A stretch of DNA of 64,000 nucleotides from Glaciecola sp. (GTDB taxonomy: Bacteria; Pseudomonadota; Gammaproteobacteria; Enterobacterales; Alteromonadaceae), in assembly GCA_029251505.1 (NCBI GenBank), contig JAQXDG010000179.1, positions 399 through 64,398 of the forward strand, in the 5' to 3' direction. Shown here piece after piece: positions 53,794 to 62,606 of the stretch. Made by a program: the position numbers and the translations under genes. The notes under the pieces were generated by a model. It made no database searches, was not told where the DNA came from, and saw only the letters and a program-made list of their open reading frames with translations. Every line of letters begins with the position of its first letter. Within the stretch, counting starts at the first letter, position 1.

Positions 53794-55329
53794 ATGACAC
53801 AGAGCAAAACCCCACTAGCCTTACTTATTTTAGATGGCTGGGGCTATCGAAAAGCAACTGAAAATAATGCGATACTTGCCGCCAATACGCCAAATTTAGA
53901 TGCGTTGCGTGCGCAATATCCAAATACGCTAATTTCAGGATCCGGCTTAGATGTGGGTTTACCTGATGGTCAAATGGGCAACTCAGAAGTCGGACACGTC
54001 AATTTAGGCGCTGGCCGAGTGGTTTACCAAGACTTTACCAAAATCACAAAAGCGATTGCCGATGGTGATTTCCAAACTAATCCAGTGCTCCTTGCTGCTA
54101 TTGATAAAGCGGTCGCAGCCGGTAAAGCTGTTCATTTATTAGGCTTACTTTCTCCAGGTGGCGTGCATTCTCACGAAGAGCATATTTTTGCCGCGATTAA
54201 ATTAGCCGCTGCACGCGGTGCAACTGCGATATATTTACATGCATTTTTAGATGGCCGAGATACCCCGCCTCGTTCCGCTCAAGCCTCATTAGCCCAAGCC
54301 GATGCGGTATTCGCTAAAGCGGGTGTGGGCAAAACGGCTACCATAGTGGGGCGTTACTACGCGATGGATCGGGATAATCGCTGGGATCGCGTTGAGCAAG
54401 CTTATCAATTAATGACACAAGGCAAAGGGCTGCATAGCGCCGACAATGCCGAAGCTGGCTTAGCTGCCGCATATGCGCGTGATGAAAATGATGAGTTTGT
54501 TGGGGCTACCGTTATTGGCGAGCCAGTTACGATGGACGCAGGTGATACGGTTATTTTTATGAATTTCCGTGCTGACCGTGCGCGTCAATTAGCTCATACG
54601 TTCGTAGATGAAACCTTCACTGGATTTGAGCGCGGAGCTGCGATTGCGTTTTCTGAATTTGTGATGTTAACTGAGTATGAAAAAAATCTAGCTCTACCCT
54701 GTGCCTATCCTCCAACACCACTGCACAACGTGCTAGGTGAGTGGTTACAGAATAATAACAAGACTCAATTACGTATTTCTGAAACAGAAAAGTTTGCTCA
54801 TGTGACGTTTTTTTTCTCCGGTGGCAAAGAGGACGAATTTGCTGGCGAACAGCGTATATTGATCCCATCTCCTGATGTGGCTACCTATGATTTACAACCT
54901 GAAATGAACTCTGAAAAATTAACTGATGAGTTAGTTAATGCTATTCGTTCACGCGAATTTGATGCCATTATTTGTAATTACCCTAACGGGGATATGGTCG
55001 GACATACCGGAAATTTTGCCGCAGCTGTGAAAGCATGTGAAGCGGTTGATGCCTGTATTGGGCGGGTCGTTGCAGCGTTAAAAGAAGTGGGTGGGGAATG
55101 CTTAATTACCGCCGATCATGGTAATGCTGAACAAATGCAAGATCCATCGACGGGTCAAGCCCATACTGCTCATACAAGCGAACCTGTTCCGTTTATTTAT
55201 GTGGGGCGTGATGCAACATTCCGTACCGATGGCACATTGAGCGATGTTGCGCCGACTATGCTGCATTTGATGGGCATGGCACAACCCGAAGAAATGACAG
55301 GGTCGCCGATTATGTGTTTAAAGGCATAA
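53794..55329 (+). CDS. gpmI: 2,3-bisphosphoglycerate-independent phosphoglycerate mutase
   Basis: [23 protein letters not shown] and ITADHGNAE. Length is 511 aa. Confidence 0.95.
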   Translation: MTQSKTPLALLILDGWGYRKATENNAILAANTPNLDALRAQYPNTLISGSGLDVGLPDGQMGNSEVGHVNLGAGRVVYQDFTKITKAIADGDFQTNPVLLAAIDKAVAAGKAVHLLGLLSPGGVHSHEEHIFAAIKLAAARGATAIYLHAFLDGRDTPPRSAQASLAQADAVFAKAGVGKTATIVGRYYAMDRDNRWDRVEQAYQLMTQGKGLHSADNAEAGLAAAYARDENDEFVGATVIGEPVTMDAGDTVIFMNFRADRARQLAHTFVDETFTGFERGAAIAFSEFVMLTEYEKNLALPCAYPPTPLHNVLGEWLQNNNKTQLRISETEKFAHVTFFFSGGKEDEFAGEQRILIPSPDVATYDLQPEMNSEKLTDELVNAIRSREFDAIICNYPNGDMVGHTGNFAAAVKACEAVDACIGRVVAALKEVGGECLITADHGNAEQMQDPSTGQAHTAHTSEPVPFIYVGRDATFRTDGTLSDVAPTMLHLMGMAQPEEMTGSPIMCLKA

Positions 55330-55333
55330 ATAC

Positions 55334-56473
55334 TTGAACATGAGCGGTGTCAAACAATGGATAGGTGCTTGGGTGTTATTTTGCTCAAGCATGTGTGTTT
55401 GTCTGACGTCGCTGCATGCTCAAGAGGCTGATTTAGAAAAAATACAATCTGCACTCAAAGCCACTAAAGCGCAATTACGACAAAAAGAACAACGCCGAAG
55501 CGCTATTTACTCAGAATTAAAAGTACAAGAAGAGGCTATAGCTGATACAGCCAAAGCCCTCAATAGTACACGAATACAGTTGATTCAAAACAAGGTAGAA
55601 CGTGACGATTTAACCCGTCAGAAAATGATCCTTGATCAGAATGTAACAAAGCAACAAGCCGTGATGGCAAAACATATCAAAGCATCGTATATCGCGGGTA
55701 ACTATGATTATGCCAAGATGTTATTTAATCAAGAAGATGCAGCTAAGTTTGAGCGTGTACTGACTTATTACCAATTTCTATATAAACAACGAAAGCAGAC
55801 AATCGATCAGTTTCGTACCGATATTAGTAAATTGACTCAAATCGAACAAGCGCTATTTGCAAAAGAGCTAGAGCTCAATGATTTGTTGGCCACGCAGCAG
55901 GCACAGCAGTTAGTGCTTAATACCCAGCGGTCTAAACGCGAATTATCGATTAAACAGTTAGAACAACAAATTCAAAGTGATACAGCCAAAATTGAACAAC
56001 TAGAGGCCGACGAATTACGGATCGCCGAAGCGATTGAACAAGCTCGCCGTGAAAGTGCAGAACAACAATCTTTAGCTGGATTACTGCCTTATAAAGGTGC
56101 ATTGTTACACCCAGCAGAAGGACGTTTGCGTCGTTTATTTGGACGAGTTAGGCAAGGTCAAGTGCGTTGGAAAGGGGTTTTGTTTCAAGGAGAAGAAGGT
56201 TCTGAGATCAGGGCTATACAAACGGGTCGGGTATTGTTTTCTGAATGGTTACGGGGATTTGGGCTAGTCATGATAATTGACCATGGCAAAGGCTATATGT
56301 CGGTATATGGTTATAATCAAGCATTACTTAAACAACCAGGTGACACGGTCCGTCGAGGTGAAACAGTTGCCTTAATGGGGCAATCAGGCGGGCAAACTCG
56401 TCCTTACCTGTATTTTGAAATTCGTCGCAAGGGGATCCCCGTGAATCCTACCGCATGGTTATCGCAACGCTGA
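55334..56473 (+). CDS. envC: Murein hydrolase activator EnvC (coiled coil plus degenerate LytM/M23 domain)
   Basis: Signal peptide, a long coiled coil and a C-terminal M23-like domain (GLVMIIDHGKGYMSVYGYN...YLYFEIRRKGIPVNP). It follows gpmI as in E. coli. The start is TTG 55334 or ATG 55340. Confidence 0.8.
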   Translation: MNMSGVKQWIGAWVLFCSSMCVCLTSLHAQEADLEKIQSALKATKAQLRQKEQRRSAIYSELKVQEEAIADTAKALNSTRIQLIQNKVERDDLTRQKMILDQNVTKQQAVMAKHIKASYIAGNYDYAKMLFNQEDAAKFERVLTYYQFLYKQRKQTIDQFRTDISKLTQIEQALFAKELELNDLLATQQAQQLVLNTQRSKRELSIKQLEQQIQSDTAKIEQLEADELRIAEAIEQARRESAEQQSLAGLLPYKGALLHPAEGRLRRLFGRVRQGQVRWKGVLFQGEEGSEIRAIQTGRVLFSEWLRGFGLVMIIDHGKGYMSVYGYNQALLKQPGDTVRRGETVALMGQSGGQTRPYLYFEIRRKGIPVNPTAWLSQR

Positions 56474-56578
56474 GTTATGCACAGTTTCAAAGATCGTGTA
56501 AGAAATCGTCTACTTTTAGTGCAAATAGCGGTGTAAGTTGTTATTCTCTAGTGACGTTGTCGAAGGTTAATCGTTCAC

Positions 56579-57475
56579 ATGTACCTAATATGCCCTCAAT
56601 TCATCTCTGATATGCAGCGAAACATTTCACGTTTCGTTATCATGTGTGTGTTGTGGTGGAGCGTGTTAGCAGGCACAATGCTGAGCATGACACAGGCTGC
56701 AACGACAGCAGCTAATGATTTAGCAATAACGTTTGTAAAGCCAAGTTATATCAGTATTATTATCGATGATATTGGATACAAGCACGGTGATAAACGCTTT
56801 ACTCAACTCCCCAAAGAAATCTCCTTTGCTATATTACCCCACGCACATTATTCGTATGATTTAGGTCTAGCTGCGGGTGATCAAGGGCGTGATGTCATGT
56901 TGCATTTACCCTTAGAATCGATTGTTCCTTCGGGGCTACTCGGCGATGGTGCATTAATGACATATATGGATCGAGTTGAATTACAAGAGACATTTGCTAG
57001 TGCTTTAGCTTCGGTACCGAATGCCATTGGCATCAATAATCATATGGGCAGTAAATTTACACAATTATCCGGTCCCTTGTATGCGTTGATGGATCTGGTC
57101 GCGCAACAACAATTGTTTTTCATTGATAGTCGCACAACGCCTTTTTCTAAAGTTGAGTCTATAGCGCGACAAAAGGGCATTGAGACAGCGAGGAGAAATA
57201 TATTTTTAGACCATGTCACTTCGGCTGATTTTATTGAAGGGCAGTTTAAGCAATTAATCCGCCAAGCACAACGAAATGGTCATGCCTTAGCGATAGGGCA
57301 CCCTCACGATAAGACGTTGGCGTTTTTATTACAAAATTTACCCGTATTGAAACAACACAATATTCAATTGGTCGGTATTCAAGATTATTTGTATCTTACT
57401 GATACAAAAGCTAAAATTCCGAATCCTGCCATGCATACAGAGCAACCCGCGTTACAGACTGCACCACAGCCGTAG
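56579..57475 (+). CDS. yibQ: Divergent polysaccharide deacetylase family protein (YibQ-like)
   Basis: ISIIIDDIGY, FAILPH and INNHMGSKFT motifs. It is positioned after envC. An alternative start is the ATG at 56612. Confidence 0.75.
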   Translation: MYLICPQFISDMQRNISRFVIMCVLWWSVLAGTMLSMTQAATTAANDLAITFVKPSYISIIIDDIGYKHGDKRFTQLPKEISFAILPHAHYSYDLGLAAGDQGRDVMLHLPLESIVPSGLLGDGALMTYMDRVELQETFASALASVPNAIGINNHMGSKFTQLSGPLYALMDLVAQQQLFFIDSRTTPFSKVESIARQKGIETARRNIFLDHVTSADFIEGQFKQLIRQAQRNGHALAIGHPHDKTLAFLLQNLPVLKQHNIQLVGIQDYLYLTDTKAKIPNPAMHTEQPALQTAPQP

Positions 57476-57497
57476 AAAATATTAGCGCACCCCTAAC

Positions 57498-57520
57498 TTT
57501 ATGTTATACTATAACATCTT
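57498..57520 (+). promoter_or_regulatory. Zur box candidate overlapping a -10-like hexamer
   Basis: ATGTTATA-C-TATAACAT (57501-57517) is a perfect 8+1+8 palindrome identical to the core of the gammaproteobacterial Zur consensus GAAATGTTATAWTATAACATTTC. TATACT at 57505-57510 lies inside it. Confidence 0.6.
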
Positions 57521-57547
57521 AGTAAAGCCAGAATGTGAAAGCAAAGC

Positions 57548-58006
57548 GTGAACAAAACCAGTACTACAACATCAACCGATACTAATTCGGTATCGCAAGA
57601 TACTGACAATACAATGTATGACAGAGCGGGGATATGGATCTCAAGCATCTGTGCATTTCATTGTCTAGCATTACCAGTGTTGCTGCCCATGGTACCTTTG
57701 ATTGCGAGTTCTTTTTTTGCTGAAGTATGGTTTGAACGAATGATCCTTAGCATTTCAATTTTAATCGGTTTCATTGGTTTGTTTATTGGTTTTTACAAAT
57801 ATCATCGTCAACTTTATCCCTTATATTCGTTAACAATAGGTGGCATTATCTATTGGCATAAAGATATGTTTGGGCATGAATACGAGCCGTTTACGATTGC
57901 CGTTGGCGCATTGCTGATTATTGTTGCTCACTATATCAATATGAAACTATGTCGTTCTTGTAACAGCTGCCAAGCAGATAGTTGTGCTAGCTCGGTTGCA
58001 TCATAA
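57548..58006 (+). CDS. MerC-like membrane protein with a Cys-rich C-terminus
   Basis: 152-aa ORF (GTG 57548, alternative ATG 57614) with about 4 TM helices. TM1 carries ICAFHCLALP, as in MerC-domain proteins. The C-terminus is CRSCNSCQADSC. No mer operon partners are present. Confidence 0.6.
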   Translation: MNKTSTTTSTDTNSVSQDTDNTMYDRAGIWISSICAFHCLALPVLLPMVPLIASSFFAEVWFERMILSISILIGFIGLFIGFYKYHRQLYPLYSLTIGGIIYWHKDMFGHEYEPFTIAVGALLIIVAHYINMKLCRSCNSCQADSCASSVAS

Positions 58007-58652
58007 GCGTATCATTACTAAATATCGCATCCACTTGCCACTGCGCTAAGCGTTGTGCTGTAGCAAGGTCATTGACCGTATACACCCACACTTGTTTACC
58101 TAAACGATGCGCATCAGCTATAAGCTCGGGGCTAACCATATCCTGAGCTGTTGCCACAATATCAAATCTTCCTAATACGGCATACTGTGCTAAATCTTTT
58201 GGTAAATGAGCAATCAGCCCAGCATATTGAGTGTGGATTCCAGCCTTCTGATACGCATCTAATAAACAATGATTAAATGAAGATAATACCGTGCCAGAAT
58301 GAATTAATCCTCTTTGTTGTAAATCCAATAAGTGTCGAATAAATAACGTATTGTCATCGACAGATTTGACTTCAATATTGATGCTTAAAGGGTGTGATGA
58401 AACGACTGTCAATACTTGCTCTAAAGTCGGTATTTCATATGTCATTAGTTGTTCAGCGGTGAGTGCCGATATGGGAATATTCAACTGATGGGTGCGAGTT
58501 AACGTCTCGTCATGGATCACCAAGGCGTGACCATTGATGTAATGCACGTCAAATTCAATTCCAGCAATAGGATGGGTTAACGCGAGCTGAAATGCGGCTA
58601 ATGAGTTTTCTGGTGCATATTGGCTGGCGCCGCGGTGAGCAATGATTTTCAT
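57987..58652 (-). CDS. Glycerophosphodiester phosphodiesterase (GDPD family, cytoplasmic UgpQ-like)
   Basis: MKIIAHRGAS...APENS and IEFDVH motifs, 221 aa. Its 3' end overlaps the convergent MerC-like gene by 20 nt. Confidence 0.8.
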   Translation of the reverse strand: MKIIAHRGASQYAPENSLAAFQLALTHPIAGIEFDVHYINGHALVIHDETLTRTHQLNIPISALTAEQLMTYEIPTLEQVLTVVSSHPLSINIEVKSVDDNTLFIRHLLDLQQRGLIHSGTVLSSFNHCLLDAYQKAGIHTQYAGLIAHLPKDLAQYAVLGRFDIVATAQDMVSPELIADAHRLGKQVWVYTVNDLATAQRLAQWQVDAIFSNDTLMMQPS

Positions 58653-58713
58653 AGTGGTTAGCCTACACGAATATGTTAAATTAAAGACTAAGCAAAACTG
58701 TCATTAAAGGTAT

Positions 58714-59619
58714 TTATGCTTTGGTCTCTTGCTCAGTTCGCTGAGAACGCTGAACACGTTGGGTATTAATAGTTTCGTATACTGCGGCAGAAATGACCAT
58801 TAATCCACCTAAAATGGTTTGCCAACGCGGATCTTCACCTAAAAAGATGATGGCAAAAACTACACCATAAAAAGGCTGCATGCAAGCAACGAGTGAAAAG
58901 GTCTTAGCGCGTAAATGTCGCAGTGCTGCAGCAACCGCTGTGTGTGGAACAGCAGTAAAAAAAATGCCCAAGGCAGCCAATAATCCCCATGTGTTGGCAT
59001 CTGCGCTTGCGATCTCTTCAATGCCCAATAAGGCAATGCAGCCAGTGACAATTAAGGTTTGGTAGGCCATGGCCCGAGTGCCGGAATAATGGGAAAAAAA
59101 CTTACGATGCATGAGGTTACGCATCGAGTATAAAAAAGCGGAAAATACGCCGACACCAATGCCTAGTGTGACATCATTGTCAAATGACACATCTGGCACC
59201 ATGATCGCAATCCCAATAAAGACAACCAATGCACTACAGATATCTTGCCAAGCGAGTTTGATCCCCTCAAAGATCGGCTCTAATAACACCGTGATCACAG
59301 GAAACGTAAATAATGCAATGATCCCAACCGACACCGACGACAATTGCATGGCTAAAAAGTACGTCACCCAATGCGCAGCCATCACCACACCAAGTACAGC
59401 GCCCATTAAATAGTCACGCTTAGAGTCGAGGCGCATTGATTCGCCCAAAACTCGCACCAACAAGTACAAAAACACACAAGCAAAAAATGAACGGCCTAAC
59501 GTTATCGCCATCGCAGAGAGCGGAATAATTTGCGAAAACAATGCGGTGCCACCTAACAAGATGACAGTTAGGTGCAACGAATAGAGACTACGTTTGACAG
59601 GATCCATAACGATCTCCAA
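58714..59619 (-). CDS. EamA/DMT-superfamily transporter
   Basis: 301-aa protein with about 10 TM helices and the two-repeat EamA-like organisation. Confidence 0.7.
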   Translation of the reverse strand: MEIVMDPVKRSLYSLHLTVILLGGTALFSQIIPLSAMAITLGRSFFACVFLYLLVRVLGESMRLDSKRDYLMGAVLGVVMAAHWVTYFLAMQLSSVSVGIIALFTFPVITVLLEPIFEGIKLAWQDICSALVVFIGIAIMVPDVSFDNDVTLGIGVGVFSAFLYSMRNLMHRKFFSHYSGTRAMAYQTLIVTGCIALLGIEEIASADANTWGLLAALGIFFTAVPHTAVAAALRHLRAKTFSLVACMQPFYGVVFAIIFLGEDPRWQTILGGLMVISAAVYETINTQRVQRSQRTEQETKA

Positions 59620-59631
59620 TAGAATTAAGGA

Positions 59632-60498
59632 TTAATCGTTAGATTTAATAGTGGCAAAAGTCTGGCCTAAGCGGGTGACATCATCAGCTATTAATTGACC
59701 GAAGTCGACTTTGTTAGGTTCAAAACAGGCAACGATGGTTGAGCCAAGCTTAAATAAGCCCATCTCTTCGCCTTTTTGTAATGTCACACTGTCGCCAGAG
59801 GCATCAGTGTACTGCCAATGTGTAACGTGCTTACCAGCAGGAGGCGTCACATTACCGGCCCAAATTGTTTCGATACTGGCTACGATGGTTGCACCAACTA
59901 ATACGATCGCCATTTTACCAATTTCAGTATCAAAAATAGCAACAACACGTTCATTGCGGGCAAACAATCCTGGAACATTTTGTGCGGTTAATGGATTGAC
60001 AGAGAATAATTCACCTGGCACATAAATCATGTCGGTCAATTTACCGGTCATTGGCATGTGAATACGGTGATAATCGCGAGGTGATAAGTAGATAGTGGCA
60101 AAATCGCCACCTTTAAACGGCGCAGCGATTGTAGCATCTCCGCCTAATAAGGCCGTTAAGCTATAGTGATGCCCTTTGGCTTGGAAAATCGTATCACCTT
60201 TAATGGGGCCTAGTTGACTGACTGTACCGTCAACCGCATGGCCTAATTCTTGGCTATCATCACTGAAAGGACGTAAACCGTCTTTTAATTGGCGGGTAAA
60301 GAAGGCATTGAACGACGAGTAATGCTCTGGGTTTTCATGTTGTGCTTCGCTCATATCAACGTTAAATTGTTTGATAAAAGCACGAATGATAGTGGTGGTG
60401 ACACGGCCGTATTCGGCAGCTGCCAGAGCGCCAACGAGGCGTGATAATGCATGTTTAGGTAAAATATACTGTAATTTAATTTTTAGCCAGTTGATCAA
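59632..60498 (-). CDS. psd: Phosphatidylserine decarboxylase proenzyme
   Basis: LKIKLQYILPKHALSRLVG aligns with the E. coli Psd N-terminus, and the LGST self-cleavage motif is present (FKLGSTIV). The TTG at 60498 is preceded by GGAG. The ORF is open to the ATG at 60561. Confidence 0.9.
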   Translation of the reverse strand: MINWLKIKLQYILPKHALSRLVGALAAAEYGRVTTTIIRAFIKQFNVDMSEAQHENPEHYSSFNAFFTRQLKDGLRPFSDDSQELGHAVDGTVSQLGPIKGDTIFQAKGHHYSLTALLGGDATIAAPFKGGDFATIYLSPRDYHRIHMPMTGKLTDMIYVPGELFSVNPLTAQNVPGLFARNERVVAIFDTEIGKMAIVLVGATIVASIETIWAGNVTPPAGKHVTHWQYTDASGDSVTLQKGEEMGLFKLGSTIVACFEPNKVDFGQLIADDVTRLGQTFATIKSND

Positions 60499-60579
60499 CG
60501 CTAATACTCCAAGGACAAAATAAGGCGCTATTGTACTGGAAAAAAGCGCGGATGTACGCAATCAAAAAGTACTTAATCA

Positions 60580-61602
60580 TTAGCTTTTAGAATAACTAGG
60601 GCGCTTTTCTTCCATTGCATCGATAATTTTGTGATAAGACTCATATCTTGCTTCATCAATGATGCCATTATCAACGGCGTCGCGGATCAAACAACCAGGA
60701 TCATCACCATGCTTACAATCACGAAATTTGCAGCCACCTAAATAATCTCTAAACTCAATAAATCCGCGGGTAATTTGTTCATCAGGTAAGTGCCATAATG
60801 AAAATTCACGTACCCCTGGTGAGTCAATTACATCGCCACCTTCGGTAAAATGTAACAGTTTCGCTGTAGTCGTTGTATGGGTGCCCAAACCTGAATTTTG
60901 CGAGATATCGCCCACGACTTCATCAGCATCTGGCAGTAATTGATTGACTAGTGAGGATTTACCCACACCAGATTGACCGACGAACACACTAATGTTGTCG
61001 GTTAATAACTGGGCTAAATCTGCAATACCCTCACCAGTTACACAGCTTGTCAGCAAGACTTTGTAACCAATGTCGTGGTATACCGATAATAGGTCGATGA
61101 CCATTTCGCGGTCTTCTTCATCGAGCAGTTCCATCTTATTAATCACAATGACGGGTTGTATTTGTACGTCTTCGCACGCCACCAAATAACGGTCAATGAT
61201 ATGTGGTGATAAGGTTGGCACAATTGAACTTACGATTATGATTTGGTCGATGTTGGCAGCAATGGGTTTGACGCCATCATAATAGTCGGGACGCGTCAGG
61301 ACTGTTTTACGGTCATGGACGACCTCAATAATGCCTAAATCACGCGGTTCATCGGAAATACTAGGACAAAAAATAACACTATCACCGCACACCACTGATT
61401 CAATAGTGCGACGTATATGGCATTTGTGTAGCTTCCCATTTGCATCTTCAACATTTGCATGTTTACCAAAACGGCCTACTACTATAGCGGGTTGAGCGGT
61501 ACCAAGATTATTATGCTCAATCGGCGTTTTGGTTAAACGTAGAGAACGGTTCGTTGATACTTGACGTTTTTGTCGATGGGTGAGTTTTGGTTTTTTTGCC
61601 AC
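60580..61602 (-). CDS. rsgA: Ribosome small-subunit biogenesis GTPase
   Basis: Circularly permuted G domain (NKMELL, then GQSGVGKSS) and a C-terminal zinc motif (CKFRDCKHGDDPGC). Confidence 0.9.
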   Translation of the reverse strand: MAKKPKLTHRQKRQVSTNRSLRLTKTPIEHNNLGTAQPAIVVGRFGKHANVEDANGKLHKCHIRRTIESVVCGDSVIFCPSISDEPRDLGIIEVVHDRKTVLTRPDYYDGVKPIAANIDQIIIVSSIVPTLSPHIIDRYLVACEDVQIQPVIVINKMELLDEEDREMVIDLLSVYHDIGYKVLLTSCVTGEGIADLAQLLTDNISVFVGQSGVGKSSLVNQLLPDADEVVGDISQNSGLGTHTTTTAKLLHFTEGGDVIDSPGVREFSLWHLPDEQITRGFIEFRDYLGGCKFRDCKHGDDPGCLIRDAVDNGIIDEARYESYHKIIDAMEEKRPSYSKS

Positions 61603-61719
61603 TTTAGCCTAGTCGATGTAAAATAAAACTTATTGTAATACCCATGTTACCGTTAAGATATAGGGATTACCATGTATTAATTACGCCGAATCGATTTCAC
61701 ACGACGGACAGGATATTTT

Positions 61720-62295
61720 ATGAGTGACATGAGTCAAGCAACATTAAGCCCACAATGCAATGATAGCAATCTCATTTGGATTGATATGGAAATGACGGGG
61801 CTAGATCCAGATACCTGTGTCGTTCTCGAAATCGCCACGATAGTGACCGATGCACAATTAAATGTGTTAGCGGAAGGCCCAGTCCTCGCTGTACATCAAT
61901 CTGATGACGTATTAGCCAACATGAATGAGTGGTGCATTGATGTGCATGGCAAGACAGGTTTGACCCAACGATGTCGAGATAGCAAAATAAGTGCAATTGA
62001 AGCACAAGCACAGACGATTGCATTTTTATCTCAGTGGGTACCGGCGGGAAAATCACCACTGTGTGGTAACACAATAGGACAAGACCGACGTTTCATGGTC
62101 AAATATATGCCTGAGCTTGAAGCCTATTGTCACTATCGAAGTATCGATGTTAGTACGATTAAAGAACTGGCTGCTCGCTGGCAACCTGATGTTTTAAAAG
62201 GGTTTAATAAAAAAGGCGTGCATTTGGCATTGACTGACATCCAAGAATCAATCGCTGAATTACAATACTATCGAACGCACGTTTTTAAAATTTAA
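61720..62295 (+). CDS. orn: Oligoribonuclease
   Basis: [14 protein letters not shown] DEDDh exonuclease motif. The gene is divergent from rsgA and followed by tRNA-Gly, as in E. coli. Confidence 0.92.
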   Translation: MSDMSQATLSPQCNDSNLIWIDMEMTGLDPDTCVVLEIATIVTDAQLNVLAEGPVLAVHQSDDVLANMNEWCIDVHGKTGLTQRCRDSKISAIEAQAQTIAFLSQWVPAGKSPLCGNTIGQDRRFMVKYMPELEAYCHYRSIDVSTIKELAARWQPDVLKGFNKKGVHLALTDIQESIAELQYYRTHVFKI

Positions 62296-62307
62296 TTGAT
62301 AAAAGAC

Positions 62308-62335
62308 TTGCAAGGCTCAAATATTTTTGTAAAAT
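62308..62335 (+). promoter_or_regulatory. Sigma70 promoter candidate for tRNA-Gly with a GC-rich discriminator
   Basis: TTGCAA (62308-62313), a 16-nt spacer and TAAAAT (62330-62335), followed by GCGCTCC before the mature tRNA 5' end at 62349. Confidence 0.45.
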
Positions 62336-62348
62336 GCGCTCCTCAATT

Positions 62349-62424
62349 GCGGGAATAGCTCAGCTGGTAGAGCACAACCTTGCCAAGGTTGGGGTCGCGA
62401 GTTCGAATCTCGTTTCCCGCTCCA
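62349..62424 (+). tRNA. glyV: tRNA-Gly (anticodon GCC)
   Basis: 76-nt cloverleaf folded by hand. The acceptor stem is GCGGGAA/TTCCCGC, the D stem GCTC/GAGC and the anticodon stem CAACC/GGTTG with loop TTGCCAA. The T stem is GCGAG/CTCGT with TTCGAAT, and CCA is encoded. Confidence 0.95.
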
Positions 62425-62430
62425 AACACG

Positions 62431-62470
62431 AAAAAACGTCGTCTTTAATCATTAAAGTCGGCGTTTTTTG
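62431..62470 (+). terminator. Rho-independent terminator after tRNA-Gly
   Basis: Imperfect inverted repeat AAAAAACGTCGTCTTTAAT / ATTAAAGTCGGCGTTTTTT followed by a T-run. Confidence 0.6.
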
Positions 62471-62606
62471 CTTTTCGGTATTCATTTACTTACGCCTACC
62501 CCTTGTACCGAACTAAAGAAACGCTTAAAATCTGCACGGTTAAAAGTACGTCAACTAATAATAATTACACACTATTACATTTATAATTAATAAACGGGAT
62601 ACCTCC

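Noticed and set aside
62554-62572. A Fur-box-like AT-rich 19-mer (ACTAATAATAATTACACAC) upstream of the TonB-dependent receptor.
   Set aside because: Only about 11 of 19 positions match GATAATGATAATCATTATC by my alignment. The region is generally AT-rich, so the match is not distinguishable from background without a PWM score.
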